Source: a virus
Length of the DNA stretch: 64,000 nt
Virus record (IMG/VR): IMGVR_UViG_3300032323_001387
Span: 108,209 to 172,208 of that record
Reading direction: 5' to 3' (one strand)
Under the pieces are notes generated by a model that saw nothing but the letters and a program-made list of their open reading frames with translations, was not told where the DNA came from and made no database searches. Below are positions 19,651 to 27,918 of this stretch, piece by piece. A program made the position numbers and the translations under genes. Positions within the stretch are counted from its first letter, which is position 1; the number at the start of each line of letters is the position of its first letter.

Positions 19651-20409
19651 ATGGATTTAGCAAGACTAATGAGCAAATTAAACGCAATCGGTGGCATGCA
19701 AGGCGCAGTCACTGAAGCTGAAGAAGAAAAATGCACAGACTGTGGCAAAGCTCACGAAGGTGACTGTGCAGTCGAAGAAGCTAAAAAGCCAGATTTCATC
19801 GATGCAGATGACGATGGTAATAAAACAGAGCCTATGTCAGATGCTCTTAAAGACAAAGAAGAAGTTAAAGAAACTGATTCATTATCAGCAATGCGTAAAC
19901 TTGCAGGCATCACAGAGTGTGGCGAAGAATATGCCGACATGAGTCCGATGTCAGTAACTGGTACGGAAGCACCTGGCATGGGTGTACCTGCTCAAGTAAT
20001 GGGCATGGATACATCAACTAGTGATGCTGGTTTAAAAGCAAAGTATACATTAAGTATTCAAAATGGTGAAAACAATTTACAAATGACAACAGACATGCCT
20101 GATGAGATTATTCACATCATGAAGCTAGCTGGTGTTAACAAAGATGCCGAAGTAACTAAAACGGCTGCACCACAAGAAGAACAAGCTAAAGCTCCTAAGC
20201 AAGAAGTAGAAGAAGAATGGGGCAATACTCCTGCTCAAACTAAAGAGCGTGATCCAAAAGCCTATGGCGATATCCGTGACTGGGGTATGAAAGGCACAGG
20301 AGCTGGTAAGCCAGGCAGTGCAATGAACAAGCCATCTGGACAAGGTGATAATCCATTAGGCGAACAGGCAATGATGGAAGCTTACAAAAAATTTAAAGCA
20401 GGCAAATGA
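19651..20409 (+). CDS. acidic hypothetical protein, possible head/scaffold protein
   Basis: E-rich; two KLAG(I/V) motifs. Confidence 0.55.
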   Translation: MDLARLMSKLNAIGGMQGAVTEAEEEKCTDCGKAHEGDCAVEEAKKPDFIDADDDGNKTEPMSDALKDKEEVKETDSLSAMRKLAGITECGEEYADMSPMSVTGTEAPGMGVPAQVMGMDTSTSDAGLKAKYTLSIQNGENNLQMTTDMPDEIIHIMKLAGVNKDAEVTKTAAPQEEQAKAPKQEVEEEWGNTPAQTKERDPKAYGDIRDWGMKGTGAGKPGSAMNKPSGQGDNPLGEQAMMEAYKKFKAGK

Positions 20410-21941
20410 GCGGCACCCCGGTTTTAGTTAAACAAGCCTATAAAAAAGAAAATTACACAGAGCATCAGATAACAGAGATTGTAAAATCTGCTACTGATCC
20501 TGTGTATTTTATTCAAGAGTACATGTGGGTGCAACACCCAACAAAAGGCCGTGTCAGGTTTCATTTGTACGATTATCAAGTAGACTTAATTAAATGCTAT
20601 CATGAAAATCGTTATAGCATTAACATGCTTGGTAGACAGATGGGTAAATCAACTTGTGCCGCAGGTTACTTGCTATGGTACGCTATGTTCGTGCCAGACA
20701 GTACAATTCTAATTGCCGCACACAAATATACTGGTTCTCAAGAAATTATGCAACGTGTTCGTTTCATGTATGAGAACTTGCCTGAATGGATCAAAGCAGG
20801 TGCTACTAGCTATAACAAAGGTAGCATAGACTTTGATAACGGGTCACGTATTGTCAGTGCCACAACAACAGAAAATACTGGTCGTGGTATGTCTATCACG
20901 CTGGTATACTTAGACGAGTTTGCCTTCGTTCCACCTCGCATTGCCAAAGAGTTTTGGACAGCATTGAGTCCGACGCTAGCAACAGGTGGTAAGTGTATTA
21001 TCACAAGCACACCTAACCAAGACAATGACCAATTCGCACAAATTTGGAATGAAGCCAATAAAAAGACAGATGCTTTTGGCAACCCAAGTAATGTAGGTAA
21101 GAATGGCTTTGCCAGTATATCCTATATATGGAGTGACCATCCAGATAGAGATGAAAAATGGGGCGACACTGAGCGTAGTAAAATCGGCGAAGAACGTTTC
21201 CTCCGAGAGCATGAATGTATATTCATTACCGCAGATGAGACATTGGTTAGCAGTATGATGTTAACTGGCATGACTGGCATAGATCCTATTAATAAAATCG
21301 GACAAATACGAATCTATGACCGTATTATGACAGATAATATGTATGTTGTTGCATGGGATCCTAGTTTAGGTACAGGCAGCGATCCAGCAGCCATTGAAAT
21401 TTTTAGATTACCAGATCTTGTGCAAGTAGCAGAATGGCAGCACAATAAAACAGATGTGCGCGGCCAGTTGCGTATGCTTATAACTATACTAGAATATCTG
21501 CGTGAAAATGGCGTCGCCAATGACCAAATTTATTGGAGCGTGGAAAACAATACACTGGGGGAAGCTGCATTGGTTGCTATTACAGAGTATGGAGAAGAAC
21601 GTATTCCTGGATACTTTATCAGCGAACCAGGAGGCAAACGTCGTGGCTTTAATACGACAAATAAAAGTAAACTTGCCGCATGTACTAAGTTAAAGTATTA
21701 TATCGAAAGCGGTAAAATGACTCCAAAGAGCAAGAATTTAATACAAGAACTAAAAACCTTTGTTGCTCATGGTGCTAGCTTTGCTGCCAAAGAAGGCGAA
21801 ACAGATGACTTGGTTATGGGTACAATTCTAGCAGTTAGACTCATTGAGCATTTAATGAAATACGATGAGCAAACGTATAACAAGCTAGTAGAGCGCGGCA
21901 GTGGCGATTTTATTGCTCCTATGCCAATTGGAATAATTTAA
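20406..21941 (+). CDS. gp17: terminase large subunit
   Basis: LYDYQ, GRQMGKS, YLDEFAF, ITSTP, WDPS.G, VENN, DDLVM. Confidence 0.95.
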   Translation: MSGTPVLVKQAYKKENYTEHQITEIVKSATDPVYFIQEYMWVQHPTKGRVRFHLYDYQVDLIKCYHENRYSINMLGRQMGKSTCAAGYLLWYAMFVPDSTILIAAHKYTGSQEIMQRVRFMYENLPEWIKAGATSYNKGSIDFDNGSRIVSATTTENTGRGMSITLVYLDEFAFVPPRIAKEFWTALSPTLATGGKCIITSTPNQDNDQFAQIWNEANKKTDAFGNPSNVGKNGFASISYIWSDHPDRDEKWGDTERSKIGEERFLREHECIFITADETLVSSMMLTGMTGIDPINKIGQIRIYDRIMTDNMYVVAWDPSLGTGSDPAAIEIFRLPDLVQVAEWQHNKTDVRGQLRMLITILEYLRENGVANDQIYWSVENNTLGEAALVAITEYGEERIPGYFISEPGGKRRGFNTTNKSKLAACTKLKYYIESGKMTPKSKNLIQELKTFVAHGASFAAKEGETDDLVMGTILAVRLIEHLMKYDEQTYNKLVERGSGDFIAPMPIGII

Positions 21942-21962
21942 TTAAAATAGGTAAATATATAC

Positions 21963-23225
21963 ATGGCGATTGATTATAATACTATAGCTGATAGAGTGTT
22001 TGACCAACTCAAAGGATTTGGTTATAGCATTACTATGAATGATAAAAGTGGCAAACAAACTGCCACTGCTACAAAAGCAAGATACTTTTATAGTACAGAT
22101 GAAAAGTTTACAATTATCATCGACGAAAAAGAACGAGTAATAAAAATCAAATATGGTGATAATACGGATCGCGAAAGATTAAACAAATTAGAAAATACCA
22201 TACGCAATGGTATTGCAAAGAAATTCGTTATGGGCGTAGATTTAATGCCCTATACAGGTAAAAATATTGAACCAAAGGATGTAGAGAACATGGCAAGAGT
22301 ACAAGAAAGTTTAAGCCCAGTACAAGGGTCAATGAAAACTAGCTATCAACAAACTGATGGCGCTAAACTAATCATTCGTCACAGCAAGCCTGTTAACGAA
22401 GAAGTAATGGGCAGTAGAAGCCGTAACATCAGAGCATTGTTTATTGAAAACGCTCAAGGTGAACGCTTCCGTTATCCACAAATCCATTTGGCAGGTGCTC
22501 GCACAATGACTCGTCACGTTGCTGAAGGTGGTACACCTTATGATGAAGTCGGACAAAAGATTATCGGCCTAAGCGAAGAGCGTAGTCAACTAATGCAAGT
22601 TGCTCGTTATATTAGAAGTCAAGGTTTACAAGAACAGGCCAACGATGTACAGTTTGCAGTTACTGGCCGTTTAAATGAAATTAAAGATTTATTGGGTCGT
22701 TATAACACTGATCGCTTGATGAGTGATGTACACGAACAAGATGAAAATGATCTGGACGCACTAAAAGAAAAACTAACTAAAAACGTATTTGACGAAACTA
22801 TTGGCTCAATGTTACCAAAACTAAATGGCTACTTAAAAGAATACCAAGCAAAAATGGAAGCAACTCAGGCATTTGATTCATTAAAACAGCAAGTAGAAGA
22901 AAGTTCTACTATTGCTGTAAGTGCGATTCCAGACTTAGATTTTACAAGTATGATTGTTTACGAAAGCCCAACAGTTAATACGTCACAGTTAATTAATTTG
23001 GTACTTCCTGTTTTGGAAGACGACACAATTAAAAACCAATTAACTCGTGTAGCAGAAGGCGTGGCAAAAGGTCATTTAGATCCAATGGCAGTAGAAAATC
23101 TAACTCGCAGTATTATTGGTAAGAGTAGTAAGCAAACAGCAACATTTGAAGATAGCCGTTTTGAAATTGGCGCTATGTTCGAAAGTGCTTTGAAGAAATA
23201 CTCCCTAGAAGAAATATTGAAATAA
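21963..23225 (+). CDS. hypothetical protein
   Basis: 420-aa ORF; TAAATA ends 4 nt before ATG. Confidence 0.7.
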   Translation: MAIDYNTIADRVFDQLKGFGYSITMNDKSGKQTATATKARYFYSTDEKFTIIIDEKERVIKIKYGDNTDRERLNKLENTIRNGIAKKFVMGVDLMPYTGKNIEPKDVENMARVQESLSPVQGSMKTSYQQTDGAKLIIRHSKPVNEEVMGSRSRNIRALFIENAQGERFRYPQIHLAGARTMTRHVAEGGTPYDEVGQKIIGLSEERSQLMQVARYIRSQGLQEQANDVQFAVTGRLNEIKDLLGRYNTDRLMSDVHEQDENDLDALKEKLTKNVFDETIGSMLPKLNGYLKEYQAKMEATQAFDSLKQQVEESSTIAVSAIPDLDFTSMIVYESPTVNTSQLINLVLPVLEDDTIKNQLTRVAEGVAKGHLDPMAVENLTRSIIGKSSKQTATFEDSRFEIGAMFESALKKYSLEEILK

Positions 23226-23238
23226 AGACTAAATAAAT

Positions 23239-23358
23239 TCAACAGCAATTCATCCAAACGGTAGAATTGCTGTTGACGTAACACACAATAGAGTGTTACA
23301 ATACGTTCACAGGATGAGAGTATCTTGTGTTCCAGGCAACAAACTTTTTAAACCCTGG
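23239..23358 (+). promoter_or_regulatory. structured gp32 upstream region (four inverted repeats, sigma70-like promoter)
   Basis: IRs 23239-51/23264-76, 23278-84/23293-99, 23308-15/23322-29, 23332-36/23354-58; TTGACG-N18-TACAAT. Confidence 0.6.
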
Positions 23359-23378
23359 CATTTTATAAGGAAAAAATC

Positions 23379-24395
23379 ATGGCAACATTAGCAGAAATTC
23401 GCGCTCGACTACTAGAGCAAGAAAACCGTACAAGCGGTAACAAACAAGGCGGCGGAGGCGACAACGCAATTTTCCCGTTTTGGAACATCCCAGAAAACAG
23501 CACAGCAGTTCTTCGTTTCCTACCAGATGGTGACGACACTAACACATTCCCATGGCGTGAGCGCCAAATGATCCGACTAGAGTTCGGTGGCGTTAAAGGC
23601 GGCGATGAAAGCAAGCGTGTAACAGTTACTGTTCCATGTATGGAAATGTGGAAAGAAACTTGCCCTATCCACGCAGAGATTCGTCCTTGGTTCAAAGATA
23701 AGTCTTTGGAAGACCTAGGTCGTAAATACTGGAAGAAAAAATCTTATGTCTTCCAAGGCTTTGTTGTACAAAGCAGTTTGGCAGAAGAAACATTGCCAGA
23801 GAATCCAATCCGTAGATTGATTATCAACCCAAGTATCTTTAACATTGTTAAAGGTGCGTTGATGGATCCGGATATGGAAAGTCTGTTCACAGACTACGAA
23901 AACGGCACAGACTTCCGTTTGACAAAAACAACTAAGGGTCAATATGCAGACTACAGCACAAGTAGTTTTGCTCGCAAAGAGCGTGGCCTTAATGAGACAG
24001 AACTTGAAGCAATTGCCAAGTATGGTCTTTACAATCTAAATGACTTTATGCCTAAGAAGCCGACTAAAGAAGAAGTTGAAGTCATTTATGACATGTTCAA
24101 AGCCAGCGTAGATGGTGAGTTGTATGATCCTAAGCGTTGGGGACAATACTTCAAGCCAGCAGGTGTAAACCTTGGTAACTTGGTTCCGTCTGGTGTAGCA
24201 GATGACGTAGATGCGGCAGAAGCAAGCTTTAAAGCACCTGCACAGGCAGCTCGTCCGGTACCAGTGGCTAAGCCTACTGTGGTAGCAGATGATGAAGATG
24301 ACGCACCTTTTGAAACAGACAACGCTCCTGCACCAGAAGGTAAAAAGAATGTCAACGACATTCTTGCGATGATCCGTAATCGTCAACAAAAGTAA
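23379..24395 (+). CDS. gp32: single-stranded DNA-binding protein
   Basis: A.LRFLP, C...CP, G.DF.L, Y..S.F, acidic C-terminal tail. Confidence 0.9.
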   Translation: MATLAEIRARLLEQENRTSGNKQGGGGDNAIFPFWNIPENSTAVLRFLPDGDDTNTFPWRERQMIRLEFGGVKGGDESKRVTVTVPCMEMWKETCPIHAEIRPWFKDKSLEDLGRKYWKKKSYVFQGFVVQSSLAEETLPENPIRRLIINPSIFNIVKGALMDPDMESLFTDYENGTDFRLTKTTKGQYADYSTSSFARKERGLNETELEAIAKYGLYNLNDFMPKKPTKEEVEVIYDMFKASVDGELYDPKRWGQYFKPAGVNLGNLVPSGVADDVDAAEASFKAPAQAARPVPVAKPTVVADDEDDAPFETDNAPAPEGKKNVNDILAMIRNRQQK

Positions 24396-24475
24396 TACGG
24401 CTTGGGCCTCTGCGATAACTAACCGGTAAATGGTTATTGTACGCCCAGGTTCTTCTATGCAGTAGAGAAGATAAA

Positions 24476-24748
24476 ATGACACTACCAGACGAAAGATATC
24501 GTGCTGTGATGTGGGCAGAAAGGTTCCTTCGAGAACTTGCCCACGATACTAAAAAGTATCCTAGGATTTCCAAACAAGTCAGACGTGAAGCTTATTCTAT
24601 CGCTAGACATTTCCCTAACAGTTGGGATATGAAACGTGTAGCAGATGCATCACCAGAAGTCTTTCAAGAACAAATGGAACCATTGACAAGGATGCTGGAA
24701 GTATATAAAATAGAACAAAAGGAAGATCAAAATGACAAAACCATTTGA
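24476..24748 (+). CDS. hypothetical protein
   Basis: Likely start MTLPDERYRA. Confidence 0.6.
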   Translation: MTLPDERYRAVMWAERFLRELAHDTKKYPRISKQVRREAYSIARHFPNSWDMKRVADASPEVFQEQMEPLTRMLEVYKIEQKEDQNDKTI

Positions 24749-25799
24749 CGTAAGCAAATTTAGAAAAGAAATCACTAAGAGCATTGAAGGTCTTAGTATC
24801 GGTTTCAATGATCCCACAGATTGGATCAGCACAGGTAACTATACACTGAACTATTTGATCAGTGGCGACTTTTTCAAAGGCGTGCCAATGGGTAAGGTCA
24901 CTGTGTTCGCTGGCGAATCTGGCGCAGGTAAAAGTTATATCTGTTCAGGTAACTTAATTCGTCACGCACAAGAGCAGGGCATTTATGTTGTGCTTATTGA
25001 CAGTGAAAACGCTCTAGACGAAGCATGGCTTCACGCACTTGGAGTCGACACTGATGAAAGCAAATTGTTGAAACTTAACATGGCTATGATTGATGACGTA
25101 GCTAAAACAGTTACAAAGTTCGTAGCAGATTACAAAGCATTGCCAGAGGATAATCGTCCCAAAGTCTTGTTTGTTGTTGACAGTCTGGGTATGTTGTTGA
25201 CTCCCACAGACGTTAATCAGTTTGAAGCAGGCGACTTAAAAGGTGACATGGGCCGTAAGCCTAAGGCACTAACAGCGTTGGTTCGTAACTGTGTAAACAT
25301 GTTTGGTAATTTAAACATTGGTTTAGTGGCTACTAACCACACATACGCTAGCCAGGACATGTTTGACCCAGATGACAAAATTTCAGGTGGACAGGGCTTT
25401 ATCTATGCGAGTTCTATTGTAGTTGCTATGCGTAAGCTAAAACTTAAACTAGACGAAGATGGTAATAAGACTACAACAGTCAACGGTATCCGTGCTAGTT
25501 GTAAGATTATGAAAACTCGTTATGCTAAACCTTTTGAGACAGTTCACGTACAAATTCCATATGCAACAGGTATGAGCCCTTACAGTGGTTTGTTTGATAT
25601 GTTGGAAGAAAAAGGTAGCCTGAAGCGTGAAGGCAATAGTTATCTTTATACAACTAAAGATGGAGAAATTCTTAAGGCTATGCGTAAGGGTTGGACCAAC
25701 GAATTGCTTGACAAGGTTATGGCAGACATAATGCTTAGAGATTTGACTGCCGGAGTAAATACAGGAGAATCATCTAAGGAGGAAGAAGATGTTGCATGA
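24732..25799 (+). CDS. uvsX: RecA-like recombinase UvsX
   Basis: ISTG, GESGAGKS, IDSENA, VVDSLG, NHTY, SGG.G..YASS. Confidence 0.93.
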   Translation: MTKPFDVSKFRKEITKSIEGLSIGFNDPTDWISTGNYTLNYLISGDFFKGVPMGKVTVFAGESGAGKSYICSGNLIRHAQEQGIYVVLIDSENALDEAWLHALGVDTDESKLLKLNMAMIDDVAKTVTKFVADYKALPEDNRPKVLFVVDSLGMLLTPTDVNQFEAGDLKGDMGRKPKALTALVRNCVNMFGNLNIGLVATNHTYASQDMFDPDDKISGGQGFIYASSIVVAMRKLKLKLDEDGNKTTTVNGIRASCKIMKTRYAKPFETVHVQIPYATGMSPYSGLFDMLEEKGSLKREGNSYLYTTKDGEILKAMRKGWTNELLDKVMADIMLRDLTAGVNTGESSKEEEDVA

Positions 25800-26058
25800 T
25801 GAAGAAGTTAATTTGATTGTTGATACATGGACAAGTGTTAAGACTTATATTGACAAAAAAGAAAGATATGATGCCGCTAGTGCATTCCTGCGTAGTTTAG
25901 AAAATCACTACGACATGGATAGTGTGGCCGAAGAACTTCTTGGAAACGACAGCACATTGGACACAGTAATTAAAGATTTGTATACCGCCGATGACATCAT
26001 TGACGAAGACGACGACTACGAAGAAGATAATTACGACTCAGACTACGACGACGAATGA
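25789..26058 (+). CDS. acidic hypothetical protein
   Basis: 89 aa, D/E-rich tail. Confidence 0.6.
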   Translation: MLHDEEVNLIVDTWTSVKTYIDKKERYDAASAFLRSLENHYDMDSVAEELLGNDSTLDTVIKDLYTADDIIDEDDDYEEDNYDSDYDDE

Positions 26059-26516
26059 GTAATTGGTATAGACAAGTATCGGGCGACATCACAACGTTGC
26101 CTGATGCTATTTCATATTTCGAATCCGAGTTACAGAGTGCTAGGATAGAAACTAGCCTCAAAGGTAACTTGGAGATGAATAGCAGACTTATGCCCGGCAT
26201 TGTCGAGCATAGGTTCAACCAATTACAAGAGATCGAAGCAATTCTAGAATATCTTAATATACAGTTAAGAAAAAAACGAAGCGAAAGCTTTCGTAAGTTT
26301 ACAGAAAATTATAACAGAGCATTGACTAGTCGTGACGCAGAACGATATGTTGATGGTGATGCAGAAGTATACAATTGGCAGTTACTTATAAATGAATTTT
26401 CTATGGTGCGTAACAAATTTTTGGGACTGCTCAAAGCAATCGATGCAAAGCAATTTCAAATTAATAACATTACAAAACTCAGAGTCGCTGGCATGGAAGA
26501 CACTACCCTAGGTTAA
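26055..26516 (+). CDS. uvsY: recombination mediator UvsY
   Basis: YVDGD, K.FQINNI..LR.AG C-terminus; near uvsX. Confidence 0.8.
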   Translation: MSNWYRQVSGDITTLPDAISYFESELQSARIETSLKGNLEMNSRLMPGIVEHRFNQLQEIEAILEYLNIQLRKKRSESFRKFTENYNRALTSRDAERYVDGDAEVYNWQLLINEFSMVRNKFLGLLKAIDAKQFQINNITKLRVAGMEDTTLG

Positions 26517-26545
26517 TTGACACAAATTGGATCCTTTGCTATAAT
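26517..26545 (+). promoter_or_regulatory. sigma70-type early promoter (TTGACACAAATTGG family)
   Basis: TTGACA-N17-TATAAT. Confidence 0.85.
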
Positions 26546-26572
26546 ACTTGTATTGTAGTAAAAGGAGTTCAA

Positions 26573-26704
26573 ATGCAGTTCACGTTGATTACCCCTAAAG
26601 GCAAAATCTATACCTTTTACTTAGAAGCAGTTGCACTCTGCTTCCAACAAGCATATGGTGGTACATTAGTTAATACTTCGGTATTACAAACTGAAACCGC
26701 TTAA
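26573..26704 (+). CDS. 43-aa hypothetical protein
   Basis: MQFTLITPKGKIYTFYLEAVALCFQQAYGG...; AAGGAG RBS and own promoter; below ORF-track cutoff. Confidence 0.65.
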   Translation: MQFTLITPKGKIYTFYLEAVALCFQQAYGGTLVNTSVLQTETA

Positions 26705-26733
26705 TTGACACAAATTGGCATAAGTGTTATAAT
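26705..26733 (+). promoter_or_regulatory. sigma70-type early promoter (TTGACACAAATTGG family)
   Basis: TTGACA-N17-TATAAT. Confidence 0.85.
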
Positions 26734-26764
26734 ACATTTTAAGTTAACAAAACAGGAGTTTTAG

Positions 26765-27838
26765 ATGGCTAATGTAACAATTTTTGCTGGCGAGTACCGT
26801 GGCACTAAAGTTAAAAACGAAACATTCCGTTTGGTATCTGACATTAAAACAGGCGCCAAAGGTATGTATGTAACAGTTCAGGATAATGGTACTCTTGGCT
26901 ACAAAGGCAAGAGTGTTCGCGTTAAAATTAAAAGCATGGAAGATATCACTGTGAGCGGTCAAACAATGGCAGACATGACAGATGCAGAGCGCACTCGTGC
27001 AAATAACGATGACAATGTTCTCAGCATTGTTAAACCCAAAGAGCCAGAAGTGTACACAGAAACAGAAGAAGCTGCCATTGAGCGCATTCGTGAACGTTTT
27101 GACATCTTGGACCAAATGGCAGAAGGTACTACTTCAGGTGCAGTTCGCGCTATGATTGTTAGTGGCCCTCCGGGCGTAGGTAAATCCTTTGGCGTTGAGA
27201 AGGTACTTGAGCAGGCTAGTTTGTTTGACAAAATGGCTCAACGCAAGAATCGTTTTGAAGTTGTTAAAGGTGCAATGAGTGCCATTGGCTTGTATTGCAA
27301 ACTGTTCCAGTATGCAGACGAAGGCAATGTGCTGGTGTTTGACGACTGTGACAGCATTTTGCTGGACGACTTGTCGCTGAACATCCTTAAGGCTGCTTTG
27401 GACAGTTCTAAGAAGCGTACAATCTCTTGGAACATTGACAGCAATATGTTGCGCCGTGAAGGTGTGCCAGATCGTTTCGATTTTAAAGGCAGTGTGATTT
27501 TCATCACTAACATTAAGTTTGAGCATGTTCGCAGTAAGAAGTTGCGCGACCACTTGGATGCACTTGAGTCACGTTGCCACTATTTGGATCTGACTATGGA
27601 TACCCAGCGTGATAAGTATCTGCGTATTAAGCAAATCGTACAAGACGGCATGTTGAACAGTTATGATTTTGAAGATGGTGCAGAAAACGAAATCGTAGAG
27701 TATGTATGGGAACAGAAGAATCGTTTGCGTGAGTTGAGCCTGCGTACAGTTTTGAAGATTGCAGACCTGCGTAAGATGAGTGCTACTAACTGGAAGAAGC
27801 TGGCAGAGACAACAATTTTGAAACGTGCAGAAGCATAA
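26765..27838 (+). CDS. AAA+-type P-loop ATPase
   Basis: SGPPGVGKS Walker A, LVFDDCD Walker B, IFITN sensor, ALESR arginine finger. Confidence 0.8.
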   Translation: MANVTIFAGEYRGTKVKNETFRLVSDIKTGAKGMYVTVQDNGTLGYKGKSVRVKIKSMEDITVSGQTMADMTDAERTRANNDDNVLSIVKPKEPEVYTETEEAAIERIRERFDILDQMAEGTTSGAVRAMIVSGPPGVGKSFGVEKVLEQASLFDKMAQRKNRFEVVKGAMSAIGLYCKLFQYADEGNVLVFDDCDSILLDDLSLNILKAALDSSKKRTISWNIDSNMLRREGVPDRFDFKGSVIFITNIKFEHVRSKKLRDHLDALESRCHYLDLTMDTQRDKYLRIKQIVQDGMLNSYDFEDGAENEIVEYVWEQKNRLRELSLRTVLKIADLRKMSATNWKKLAETTILKRAEA

Positions 27839-27845
27839 TTAACTA

Positions 27846-27889
27846 ACAATGCCCAATTAATTGACACTAATTGGGCATTGTGCTATAAT
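27846..27889 (+). promoter_or_regulatory. early promoter embedded in a 14-bp inverted repeat
   Basis: ACAATGCCCAATTA / TAATTGGGCATTGT flank TTGACA 27861-66; TATAAT 27884-89. Confidence 0.8.
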
Positions 27890-27918
27890 ACATACATATT
27901 AAGCAATAAGGACTTTAA

